A program made the translations under genes and the position numbers. From Octopus vulgaris (lineage: Eukaryota), in assembly GCA_951406725.2 (NCBI GenBank), contig OX597817.1, positions 6,510,001 to 6,574,000 on the forward strand: a stretch of 64,000 nucleotides of DNA, written 5' to 3'. Positions 1 through 12,450 of this stretch are shown one piece after another; the stretch's first letter is position 1; each line of letters opens with the position of its first letter. The notes below the pieces were generated by a model that did not search any database, was not told the DNA's origin, and saw only the letters and a program-made list of their open reading frames with translations.

Positions 1-123
1 GTGTGTAGATATATAGATACACGCACACACACATATATATATATAGTCAAAATAAGCAACAAGGATATCCAAAGGTAGTGTGGTACAATCGTTTCATGCT
101 AAATCTAAATTTTTACTGAACTT

Positions 124-263
<140 letters not shown>

Positions 264-303
264 ACTAGTAGACACATCACTGTTCTGTAATCGGTGCGCA
301 TTC

Positions 304-342
304 AAAGTAGTGATCAGTAATCTTACGAAACCGGTATGCTTT
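304..342 (+). ncRNA. Minimal type I hammerhead-like motif, G3-C8 core variant
   Basis: aaagta-GTGATCA-gtaa tc ttac-GAAA-ccgg-TA-tgcttt: stem I aaagta/tgcttt, stem II gta/tac, palindromic stem III ACCGGT, GUA triplet. Confidence 0.7.
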
Positions 343-512
343 TGAATCTCTTTAACAATTCACAATGACTTTTATTACTTTTATTCTTACCTCAGTTTAT
401 CGAATTGTATATATGCATCGTTACTTTTCATAAAAAGCCTTTACTTTTCTTGATTTTCAATGTGCATTTTCGGTTATTTTTCATCTTACTTGCCCCTATA
501 TATATATATATA

Positions 513-660
513 TGTATCTGTATATTCAAACATGCACAGAATATTGGTTGACACAGAGTGCTATAATCCATATAAATATACACCAAAGACTGTACATTTA
601 TATGGATTATAGTACTCTGTGTCAACCAATATTCCGTGCATGTTTGAATATACAGATACA
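513..660. repeat. 70-bp-arm inverted repeat (hairpin) with 8-nt loop
   Basis: 513-582 is the reverse complement of 591-660 with about 3 mismatches; loop ccaaagac. Confidence 0.95.
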
Positions 661-864
661 GTACCAATATCAATTCCTTCTGGAAACTATCTTAAGTATG
701 TCCTTGGGAGCGATTATTGATGTAATCTTTTTTGCCCAATATTTTAAGGAACTTGTTGAACTTTTTTATGTCCTTAACATGTCCCTGTTACCAAAGACTG
801 TATATATATATGTACTCTAGCAATTTGCAACAACCAATAATTAACGCAACCAAACCTCCACATG

Positions 865-909
865 TTACTTTTGACAATCTTTTTCCAAAGAGTGAAACCG
901 GTAAAGTAA
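865..909 (+). ncRNA. Minimal hammerhead-like motif, U3-A8 core variant
   Basis: ttactt-TTGACAA-tcttt ttcc aaaga gt-GAAA-ccgg-TA-aagtaa; stem I ttactt/aagtaa. Confidence 0.6.
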
Positions 910-1123
910 ATAAACATCTTTTAAATTGCATTTTCAAAACTTCTTTCGTATATATATATATATATTTAAATTAATTTTATGTATTGGCTTATGTATTTCA
1001 TTGTTTGATTTGCCTAATAGGGATTTTATCTCTAATTTAATATAATATAATATATTTATACTATAAAATTGGATTTAATCCTAAATCTAATTTTTCCCTG
1101 TAAGTTTTGATTTATTCCCTAAT

Positions 1124-1182
<59 letters not shown>

Positions 1183-1698
1183 GCGTATACATACATAATG
1201 CCTGCATGCATAGATGGATAGATAGATTGATAGATAGATGCATAGATATATACATACATACATACATACTTACATAGGCAGGTGTAAATTTGCGAATGCA
1301 TATATGGAAGCATTCAGAGTGAAATGATCATGTCTGAATGGCATGAACAGAAAAATATAATCTAACTAATAAAATATTACAAAGTAAAATGATTGAATAG
1401 GAATTAAAATATAGCGTGCGACGTACACCAGAAGAACAGAGCATAGAGGTAATAGACGATGATTATTGTCAAGTGGTGAAGCTACAACTATACATTAGAC
1501 TCATATGTCTATAGATTCGACAAACAAAACATGCAAAACTGTACAGAATTTAAGTTTCATCCAGCTGTCATGGGCTCACATGTTACATTGACACCGATGT
1601 TACATTACTTGAAGGATTATCCTACACTGAACTGAATATTCTATATGTTTCCATATATATGCAAGGATATACATATCTAAAAATATTTCTGTATATCT

Positions 1699-1766
<68 letters not shown>

Positions 1767-2068
1767 CTTCTTATTTTACTGTTATCATTTCTTAAATATA
1801 GCCACGAAACACGTGTACTTGTTCTACTAAATTTATACGTTTATATATATATATAGGAAAGAGGGTTTGAAAATGCAGAGCTCTTACAAAGATGTTTATA
1901 TGCTATAATTTTTCACACACAGCATTCTTAGCATTCTCGAAGTTTCAGCTCGGCATTGTATCTATTACTGACTGTAAATGCGCCTGCGCGCGATATTTGA
2001 AAAGTTATAGCATATAATGATGGGACACATGCTATCTTGTCTCTGAATTATAAGTTAGTTGTTTAGGC

Positions 2069-2179
2069 CGGTTACTGACGAGAATTCGCCTGCTAGATAA
2101 TGTGGTCTTGCTAAATTATCTATTAAAAGATGGCAAGCAATATTATTTGCTATAGAAATTCGAAACCATGATATAACCG
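2069..2179 (+). ncRNA. Type I hammerhead-like motif with enlarged stem II
   Basis: cggtta-CTGACGA-gaatt...(70 nt)...aattc-GAAA-ccatga-TA-taaccg; perfect 6-bp stem I and 5-bp stem II base. Confidence 0.7.
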
Positions 2180-2391
2180 TTATATAACAAGGTAAAGGTT
2201 TTTATTTTTCATTTACTTCGAAATTTGCTATAAAATTGTGGTTTTTGGCCGTGTTTGGCTGCTATTTCTAGCATGTAAAAATTACATGTTAAAGGGTAAT
2301 TTTCTATTTTGAAATACGAATATGTTGTCTATTGACTTTTTATACATGCTAGGTCACTGGTGGTGATATTTATAACGAGTATTCTCCACTC

Positions 2392-2471
<80 letters not shown>

Positions 2472-2501
2472 TTTTGTGTATGTTTTAAAATACATAAATA
2501 A

Positions 2502-2542
<41 letters not shown>

Positions 2543-2555
2543 CGCATATATATAT

Positions 2556-2898
2556 GAAGGCGCATGGCTCAGTGGTTAGAGCGTCGAGCTTATGATCGTG
2601 AGGTTGTGAGCTCGAATCCCGGACCGGGCTGCGTGTTGTGTTCTTGAGCAAGACACTTTATTTCACGTTGCTCCAGTTCACTCAGCTGTAGAAATGAGTT
2701 GCGACGTCACAGGTGCCAAGCTGTATCGACCTTTGTCTTTCCCTTGGATAACACTGGTGGCGTGGAGAGGGGAGGCCGGTATGCATGGGCGACTACTGGT
2801 CTTCCATAAAACAACCTTGCCCAGACTTGTGCCTCAGAGGGTAACTCTCTAGGTGCAAACCCATGGTCACTCATGACCGAAGGGGGTCTTTACCCTTT
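2556..2898 (+). mobile_element. tRNA-derived SINE (family B), full length
   Basis: A box TGGCTCAGTGG, B box GAGCTCGAATCCC, body tgtgttcttgagcaagacacttt, tail ctttacccttt; flanked by (TA)n. Confidence 0.9.
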
Positions 2899-2912
2899 AT
2901 ATATATATATAC

Positions 2913-3538
2913 AGAGTAAAGATTATTTGCCAACATAATGTGGCAGTCTTGATTAGGACGAATGTTACTGTTATTTAGCCTCAGGAAACATTGTCTCCAG
3001 CTGACTATCGACACACTATCTGCGTCCTTATATTTTGGAACAAGGAAGTTCAATGTCCCCGCTCAGTTCTAAAGCAATTTCTGTGTACGAGTGGTTTCTG
3101 GGTAATTCTCTTCATCAGTACAGGATAACGATCAGAGATGGTGACACCAAACTCTTATTCGAAATATATACTTGTCATATTGACACACAATTACTGATCT
3201 CAGAAATAGAAAAATTATTATTTTTAAATCTCTGAACGAGAAACATTCAGTAATAGGACTCTAGAGTAAACATTATTTGCCAACATAATATGGAAATCCT
3301 GATTAGGACGAATGTTACTGATATTGCTTTAGAGCTGAGTGGGGTCACTGAACTCCCTTAGTCGAATATATAAGGACGAAGATAATGCGTCGACAGCCAG
3401 ATGAAGACGATATTTCCTGGGGCTAAATAACAGTAACATTCGTTCTAACCATTGCTGCCACATTATGTTGGCAAATACTCATTACTCTAGAGTACTGTTA
3501 CTGAATGTTTCTCGGTTAAGAGATTTAGAAATAATAAT
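2913..3538. mobile_element. Non-coding PLE-type pLTR element: direct partial repeat plus inverted copy, with decayed HHR (3084-3122, minus strand)
   Basis: 2913-2970 repeats at 3263-3320; 3323-3538 is an inverted copy of the unit; minus strand reads tgta-ctgatga-...-gaaac. Confidence 0.6.
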
Positions 3539-5178
3539 ATTTATATATATGTGTGTATTCATACATAAATCTATTCAATAGCATATATGCCCGTAGATAC
3601 ACATTCACAAACACATGTACATAATAGCGAGATATCTTTATAATCACGAATACACACACGCACACATATGAATGTACTTAACACTCTATGAATATCGCAT
3701 GTCAATGAATAGTGATTGGCGTTTCGCACTAAAGGAACTCTCTTAAATAAACACTATACAACCTATGAAAAGTACAACAACAATGTTTACTCAATATTTA
3801 TTGTCTTGCTAAGAAAACATCATACACCAGTAGAGAAAAAATTGTTTAATGATAAATCACTAATTACGAGCGGCCTGAAATTAAAATAACATAGAAGCAA
3901 AGAAAAAAGAAGACGCAGAGAAGGTCACTCTCGGCTGTAATTTGATTCCTATTCAGATAGAATTATCATTGCTTCTACTTACTGAGAATGTCTTTTGTGC
4001 TTGGGGAAGTTTGCTATTTTCTATTGAAGACGTGATTATACCACAATTATTCTTTGAATATTTGGCGTTCAATGTTTTGTAATTTTATATCAATTTCTCA
4101 TGATATCTATCCATTTTCTTGTTTTCTTACGGGTTTTTGGACAACTTCGCATCATTCAGGTATTCGCACGACGAGCAATAGCAAAAGCTTATATATGCAT
4201 ATATGTGATTATAATTACACACACACACACACACGCATTTTACAGGTGATCTGAATACGCCAGGTAAATGCTTAAACGAATTACTAAGGCTTCAAGGTCG
4301 TAGCCGAGGCGGTCGTTATGGAGCCAATGTAGATTTCTGATATAGCGGATATAGAATTGTTAAAGAGGACAACAAACGTTAAGGCAAAGCAAACATCTCA
4401 AGTCATATACTGTAGTATCGTTGGAAAAAATTCAAAGTCTAACAGCTGTTTCTGGAGTATCCCAGAGTATGGGATATTTCGTCATCGGAGGCATATAGGG
4501 AAAATGAGAAGAGTATAGATTAATTAAATGACAACATAAAGTACAGGAGTAAAGGAATAAGAAGATGAAGAAAGCGAAGAAAAAAGAAGTGTAAAAGTTG
4601 AATTTTGACAGTTGAATTTTTCGATCTTGTAGAACTTAGGTGCAGTCCTGTGTAAATACATGGAGGTTAAAGCCATGATAGTATAAATATCCAGGGGGAA
4701 AACGCCTACATATTAACGTTCAGTAACAAAATTCTATTAAGTAGTGAAAAGAAAGAAAATTAATTAAATAGAAAGAGAGGTAGCTGGTGTTAGGGAGGAA
4801 GTTAAGGACAGGCGATAAGGATAAAATAAGGTATATAAAAATATAGTGTTTCATAATATAGCGGACAAAGATAGCCCAGAAGATAAGAGAGAGGAAGAGG
4901 CGGTAAAGGAAGATAAGGTAAATAAACAAAAACAAAACAAAATAATGCAAAATGAAAGGAATTTAAAGAGAATAGCAGGTGCCAATGATATTCTTCTAGT
5001 CTATAGGGGTTGGGGAGGAAATCTAGCAGTAAATACTTGTGTCAAGTCTGACTTAGGTCAGTGGATTTAGAGTTACTTTTAGTAATGGGGTTATGGGTGC
5101 GTAGGCAGTCGTGAATGGAGAAACAAGTTGAATGTTAAATTATTTAGGATAGGAATTAGATTAAATATTAGGGGATTT

Positions 5179-5584
5179 ATTACTCTTTACTCTTTACTCT
5201 TTTACTTGTTTAGTCATTTGACTGCGGCCATGCTGGAGCACCGCCTTTAGTCGAACAAATCGACCTCAGGACTTATTCTTTGTAAGCCTAGTACTTATTC
5301 TATCGGTCTCTTTTGCCGAACCGCTAAGTAACGGGAACGTAAACACACCAACATCGGTTGTCAAGAGATGGTGGGAGGACAAACACAGACACACAAACAC
5401 ACACACGCATATATATACATATATACGACGGGCTTCTTTCAGTTTCCGTCTACCTAATCCACTCACAAGGCTTTGGTCGGCCCGAGGCTATAGTAGAAGA
5501 CACTTGCCCAAGGTGCCACGCAGTGGGACTGAACCCGGAACCATGTGGTTGGTAAACCAGCTACTTACCACACAGCCACTCCTG
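5179..5584 (-). mobile_element. tRNA-derived SINE (family A), full length
   Basis: Reverse complement of the 42868-43282 copy: head caggagtggctgtgtggtaag, internal (TA)/(CA), tail ggcggtgctccagcatggccgcagtcaaatgact. Confidence 0.95.
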
Positions 5585-5719
5585 GTTTAAAAATAAATTA
5601 GAGAATTAACATTTATCTTATAAAGTAATGAGGTAAGGTTGATAGAAGAGATATAGAGGGGTATGTGCTAACGATCATAGAGTTTTGTATTATGAGGGTG
5701 TTATTTGTGGTGGGGTGAA

Positions 5720-6150
5720 TTTACATTTAGATTTATGAAAGTATTTAAAAGTGCGGGAGAATTTATGTTTACAAGTCGTGAAGGCTTCGTGGTGTGTATA
5801 AAGCAATTGTGGTGAGTCATGGGTTAAAAGTCTGAGGGCTTCTTTTAAGCAGAGTTCATAAATGGAATCCTGACCCTGATATGGAATACCAGAGTCTATT
5901 ATAACATAGGAAAGTCTATATTGTGTTTTTCTATTAATTATATGATGCACTGGCTGGCTAGTGATGCGGAATTGCTATTCTCTTTATATTTAAACGAATT
6001 TAAATGTGCCAAATTCGTTGTAGATCCAATGTAGAAGCTATAGGAGTTATTTGGTATGTTGTGAACGGTGCATTGATGTGCGTCATTGAATCTTCTGCAA
6101 TGGTCTTGTAGCGGGCAGTCTGTCCCAGATCTGCACACCAAATATGAATA
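5720..6150 (-). pseudogene. Decayed PLE GIY-YIG endonuclease C-terminus (Cys/His-tailed type)
   Basis: ORF pieces DCPLQDHC...FYIGST...H..SF...NSASL and IPY....ELCLKE...LL...E..TTCKH match the PLE endonuclease motif order; frameshifted. Confidence 0.7.
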
Positions 6151-7230
6151 TAGCAAATAATCCTTTAGGGTGTACATATTTTTGTATCGTTTGAAAATTT
6201 ATATTTCGTTCATATCTTGGAAAATCTTTATTGTCTTGTTCCAAATTTATGTTTTCATGTACAATATATTTTATTCGGCATAAATTTCGTTACACTTCCT
6301 TCGATATCATCAGAGTAATGGCAATTTTACTGAAATTTTTGAGGGGTGTGCATACTTCTGTGAAAAACTGAGCACACACGCAGATACACACGCACGAACG
6401 CACATACACACGCACGAACGCACACACACACACAAATATGCACACATATATACGCATATATTTGACTCATTCGCGCAAACGTTTACAAAGTTTCTGGTTA
6501 GACTTTTGTTCATATGGTGTTTGGGGCTTAAAATTTATTCAAGCGCTTTTATTGTAGTTAATATTTAGTATAATAACGAAAGTGAAACCCGCAGAATATT
6601 GAGATATAAGAAACGAGATTAGCAATATAGAATATTACAAAATAGAAATAAAATCCTGCAGTAACATAATATAAATTCGGGATGTAGAATGAAAAAAATA
6701 TTATCGCGAAAATTCGATAGAAACGATTTTTATAAATATAATTACGCGAATGTAAATGTCAACATTTCGAATATAATATCTCGACAGCTCTTTTCAATGA
6801 ATTTATCTTATTAGTATAGAATATATTTCAAGGTTTTGGTCATTATGACATGATTAATAACCTTACAGATTCAGAAGACTATACAAGAAGACATACACAT
6901 ATGTTAAAACAAGATTTGCAGAAATATTCTTACATGTGCACATGTAAATTAACTGGCTAACAAAACAACTAGAAGGCATATACAAGTTAAGTCGGTCGGT
7001 TAGTCAATTACAGCCTTGTATCACTAAAATCACATGATCGTATTAGAAAAAGAACGACACCTTATACAATGAACAGCATACAGCACAAGAAAGGGTGAAC
7101 ATGATTCGAATGCTTTCATCATGTCTGTTGAACAAAAGATAAATTGATCGGAACAACTGCACAGTATAACTATACATTGGTAAACAAATGTACTAGAGTA
7201 GAGGCTTTTCCATATGAACATATATATATA

Positions 7231-7420
7231 GGGAGAATTTACGAAAAAAACAAGAGACGAAGACAGGTGGTGTAGAACACAAACAGAGGTATTAGTATAA
7301 CGCTCAGTAATTGAAAAAGTCTTTTACGTTTCGAGCCTATGCCCTTCCACAGAAAGGAACACAGAAAGAAACAAGGAGAGAAAAAATGTGTGTACTGGCT
7401 ACCGATCTATCATGGCGACA
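7231..7420 (-). mobile_element. Short pLTR-like repeat with HHR-like motif (7321-7356)
   Basis: Minus strand cttt-CTGTGGA-a gggc atag gctc-GAAA-cg-TA-aaag. Confidence 0.55.
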
Positions 7421-8149
7421 TGAGTGTGTGTGATTGTGTATACAATGAATATATTAATCAAAGGAATTCTAACTTAGATTTTTACGTTTTATTTACAATG
7501 TTATAATAATATGATATAAGATAATATGATACAATGCAATGATAGAATACTAAATGTTCATTCTGATTGAATTAGCACTTTCATGCATTAAACCATGAAA
7601 TTTTCAGATTCATATATTAGTGGTGACAGTTATGTTTTAAAATTTACAACTGTAATAGGATGGCTTAAATGTGTGTCTTAAATATATTTGTATAGACTCC
7701 AGGACTTTAGTTTTGTTCTCTGTATTCTGATCAATCAGTATATGGCTCCACTAAATTACTTAAGTTACTTGTTGTTTGGTTTATGCGTCACAGTTTGTTG
7801 AACATGTCAAGAGACCTGTATTTGACCCTGGGTCAAAGCAGTAATTATTTAGCTATTTTTAGAAATGTTGTTAACGACATTATGCAAGGGTATTTACATT
7901 TCAATTATCATCACCTTTGTTATTGTTGTCGTTGTTGTTGTTGTTGGTGGTGGTGGTGGTAGGAGTAACTGTAGCAACAGGACTTTAAACACTAACTAGG
8001 ATAATTTTTACTGGCTTTTCTCTTGATTTAGCTAGCATTTTCCTGCTATCGTCATGATGAGAAACTTTAGTACTTTTGTTGCTGTAGTTGCAAGTGATAA
8101 TGGTGGTAGCAGTAGAAAGAGTACCCCTAATTATTATTATTATTGTTTA

Positions 8150-8455
8150 TTTTATCTTGGGTTGGAATTTATCAATAAGGTTCTTTTATCTGGGTTTTCT
8201 CTCCATTTCACTTGGACTGCGTAGCTTATAGAATGGAAATATTATGAATATTTTCCGATCACATGTTGCTAGATGGTTACTCAAAGGTATCCGACAGACA
8301 TCTGGGTTTTTAATTTGCTGTCGGTGCACATTTGAAAGTTCTGATAGAGCAGTTCCAGTCTGACCCACATATAGTTCTACACAATTCTGGCATTTGATGC
8401 GGTAAACTAAATTTGTGCTTTTGCAGCTGATATTTCCGTTTGTGATAAAAGATAG
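8150..8455 (-). pseudogene. Penelope GIY-YIG 3' fragment
   Basis: ISCKSTNLVYRIKCQNC..LYVGQT...VHRQQI...IPLSNHLATC...IFPFY is collinear with the C-terminus of 43861-45060; contains stops. Confidence 0.85.
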
Positions 8456-8456
8456 A

Positions 8457-8495
<39 letters not shown>

Positions 8496-8614
8496 CTTAC
8501 TTAGAGAAAAAGAGAAACGACGTGAGGCGTTCAGTCATATAATAACAATTTAATAAATAAAACATATGCATACATACATACATATATGTACATACCTACA
8601 TCTATATAGCTAAA

Positions 8615-8660
<46 letters not shown>

Positions 8661-8673
8661 CTATATAGCTAAA

Positions 8674-8721
<48 letters not shown>

Positions 8722-8916
8722 GTGTGTGTGTGTGTGAGTACAGGACACCACAGATAAACGTAGAACACGAGAAACGAGAACATAAAATCAAACAAGGAAA
8801 CGGACTTTTTTAACAACGAAAAAAACAGAGACAAACAATACAAGGAATATTCCCCTTCATCAGCTGCCCCTGGTTCGACTCAGTGCGTATTTCGAAGGTA
8901 TATATATATATATCTA

Positions 8917-9086
<170 letters not shown>

Positions 9087-9397
9087 TATTCCTTGACTTT
9101 TTTCAGTCATTTGACTGAAAGTAAGTTAACAGAAATTTAAAAATATTTCTGTTAGCTAGCTTTCCACGACGTACATTTACAGTGAAAAATATTGTATGTG
9201 GTCAGATGATCTAAAGTCTATTTTTCAGCATATTGGCAAAGCATTTTTTTTTGCCCTTATTCATAATTGTTTATAATTTTCACCGGAAAAGGTAAAGGTA
9301 TTTTGATATGCTGGCCACTGATTAAATTGATTCTGAAAACGTCATCCTTATAAATGAAAAAGCACATAGGGGAAAAAATTATTATTATTCCCTTTAA

Positions 9398-9468
9398 ATG
9401 GCGGTGCCCCAGCATGGCCACAGCTCATAGGCTGGAACTGGAATCAATCAATCAATCAATCAATCAAA
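9398..9468 (+). mobile_element. Isolated LINE/SINE 3' tail (extreme 5' truncation) with (AATC)n tail
   Basis: ggcggtgccccagcatggccacagctc..gctggaac followed by (aatc)n. Confidence 0.7.
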
Positions 9469-9571
9469 TACATTTATAAATATACAGAGTACCGACTACG
9501 AGGTTATGCAACACGTTTGGTGTTCGTCTGGTATGTTAAATTTTGTTCATTTTTATGTCTTGATTATGCCC

Positions 9572-9625
9572 GCACTGTCGATTAGAAAGTGGATTATGTA
9601 TATTGACTATGAAATCATGATTTGC
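9572..9625 (+). ncRNA. Degenerate hammerhead-like motif (A6U core)
   Basis: gca-CTGTCGA-ttag...ctat-GAAA-tcatga-TT-tgc; palindromic stem III ATCATGAT. Confidence 0.45.
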
Positions 9626-9813
9626 TGCTGAATCTGTTTATAAGAAGTGACTACTATATTGCACTCCCTCGCTGTCGGTACACTGTATATTTATTTTGGT
9701 AGTTTTGATTTTAAGAGTCCCGCTTAGCGTGAGGCATTTGCGAATAATAATCCCCATAATAAAATATATATTATAATGGAATAATTACTATGAAACATTG
9801 TGTAGAATATAAT

Positions 9814-10099
9814 GTATGAAGGATCGTGGGTAAGGCCAGAACAATGCGAAGTGAATGTAAGGTAAATCCCAAGAATACAAATATATGAATTAATCTAGAC
9901 TTACCTTGCGTTCGATATTTCGGGGTTATAATCCCTTTTTCAACAAACAGACGAACATCATCAGTTTCTTGAAAAGGGGGGTTATAACCCCGAAATATTG
10001 AAGCCAAGGTAAATTTAGATTAATTCATGTATTTGTTTTCTTGGGATTTGCTTTACATTTATTTCGCATTTTTCTGGCCTTATCCACGATTCTTTATAC
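9814..10099. mobile_element. Inverted-repeat element (about 130-bp arms), each arm carrying a U3-A8 HHR-like motif
   Basis: 9814-9943 is the reverse complement of 9969-10099; right arm tttc-TTGAAAA-gggggg ttataa cccc-GAAA-ta-TT-gaag (9965-10003). Confidence 0.75.
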
Positions 10100-10131
<32 letters not shown>

Positions 10132-10146
10132 AATATATATATATAG

Positions 10147-10199
<53 letters not shown>

Positions 10200-11271
10200 C
10201 ATATATACATACATATACATATGTATATATACATGCATATATATGCATATATATTCATGCATACTTGCATACATACATACATACATACATAACTACTTAC
10301 ATACATAGATAAAAATAACATTTTTTTTTAATATATAGAATCGTGTATTATTATATTGGTAATAATACTAAAAGCGAAGAAATAGATCATTGGTCAAAGA
10401 ATAGAATGCATTAAATTTTAATCAAATAAGTATACAATAATATAAAGTAATATAAAGTAGAATGTTTAGTTTATTACAATTTATGTTTTTTGCTGTGGCG
10501 CTTGTGAATGCTTGTCCCTATAATGGCACATGCATTTGAAAGAGCTGACCAAGTTGCGTTTATCCTTAACTATATAGCTAATGACGTCAAGAATCTTGTT
10601 CTATCGTTCTTTCCTTTACTTTGTTTGTTAAAATATTGCATAATATGGCTCGATTCCTTCAATACACAATTGCCGAGGCATACATCCCAACCTGTCTTCA
10701 GTTTCTGTCATTCTATTCCTACAGTTCTTACACTGTATTACTTGCATCCCTTTCTACTCCCCTCTCAAATCTTTCCTTTCGTTTTCCTTTCTTCTTACCA
10801 ACAATATTATTCTCTCTGCTTCTCACTCTTTCTACTACCTGTCTGTGACATTCGGTTAATCTCTATTTTTCCAGTTCTTCCCACAATTTCTCTTTAATTC
10901 ATGTTCGGCCAACAGATTTAATTTACTCAAATGCCCTTCTGGTCACAATATTTTCCTGTACACGTCATCATTTTTACACTACAAGCCTAGGTTCTGTCCA
11001 CTCATATATATATATATCCCACAAGCTTAGGTTGTTGGCACAGTGAAGTTGAACAATTTTGTCGCAGAGTATCGAAACTGTGATGCTATTTGGTTGATGT
11101 TTAATTTAGGGCTGCGCGTATTTGCGCAGTGGTGTGTTATATACTTTTTCACCCTTGTAAATTCCATTTTCATTGTAGACATCTGTGGATATACATGTAT
11201 GCGTGTATGTATGAATACAAGTATATTGACATATATGTGTGACTGTACATGTATGAACATATATATATATG

Positions 11272-11343
<72 letters not shown>

Positions 11344-11392
11344 ATATACATACACATTTATATATATACAAACTCATACACACTATATATAC

Positions 11393-11448
<56 letters not shown>

Positions 11449-12199
11449 ATGTTATTCCTAGACTGAGATGTATAAGAAAAAAATCAATAGCGACTTTGGT
11501 TAAAATAATGTAATTAATTTGTTGCTATTGCTATATATCTAGTGGAAGAGACCAAGAAACATATATAGGATGAAAGGCGTCCGGTAAATATTCTCATATA
11601 CTAAAATCACGTAATGTTACAAGATTATATTTTCACCTGCGCGCTCCATCAAATCACCATAAAGTCGCATGTATGTTCCTGCTTAATCCTGATGGCTGTC
11701 TCACACGACATTATGAGAGGAGGAAATTATAACAGAGAAATGTGGAGAAAAATATTGTCAACAATCGATAAAATACACTGGCTTATTCATTCGTATAAGA
11801 ATACAATACAGCTACACAAATACGTATATATGTATCCATCTATATGCAGATATATATATATATATTTGTGCGGATGATTTTATGTGTGTATGTATTTGTA
11901 AATTAGAACACGAATCATGCAGCTTAGCGTCGTTTGTGTGCTCGTAATCATTAGTAAATTGTGACTTGTTTGTCTAGTTCGTATGCTACTGGGAGACAGA
12001 GCTGTGATGTATTGGGAAGAAACCAACTATTTTGTAACTTCTCCAACAAACACTTCGTCTGAAACGAAAATATATCTTATTCCAATTAAGTAGGGCATGG
12101 AAAACACATATGAAAAAACACCTCTGTCAGCAAAAGCAAGCGCCATAAGCCGAAAACATGAATACATCCATATCATTAATGATAATTACACACAATATT

Positions 12200-12450
12200 T
12201 TAATATTCTCTCAAAGAGCCTGAGAACCCTGCACAAAGTAGATGTAGATGGTTTTAAATCAAAGCTGAACCTCTTCCTGTCGAGAGTCCCAGATGAACCT
12301 ACATGAAGGCAAGAGGTGCAAATCAGAGTAGCTATATCAAGCTCCATTCTTCACCAAGTGCTACATATTGGAGAAGGCTCTCAATAATAACAGTGTGGCA
12401 AAACTGCGGTACATCAGCATGGCTGCAGCTCTGAGCTGAAACCAGAGAAA
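12200..12450 (+). mobile_element. CR1-group LINE 3' end (ORF2 C-terminus plus 3'UTR)
   Basis: FNILSKSLRTL...VDGFKSKLNLFLSRVPDEPT, followed by the gcggt..cagcatggc.gcagct.tgagctgaaac tail. Confidence 0.75.

Noticed and set aside
1806-1825. GAAA plus palindrome plus UH half-sites (gaaacacgtgta here; also about 75-95, 19278-19290 and 49397-49412)
   Set aside because: No matching upstream core or stem I found, so not called hammerheads.
4246-4263. 18-nt AG...GT microexon candidate
   Set aside because: No polypyrimidine tract (preceded by a CA repeat) and no partner exons; expected by chance.
8840-8900. GAAA...CUGAUGA in permuted order on the minus strand (similar layout at about 21230-21265)
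   Set aside because: Could not build stems I and III for a type II or III hammerhead; left unresolved.
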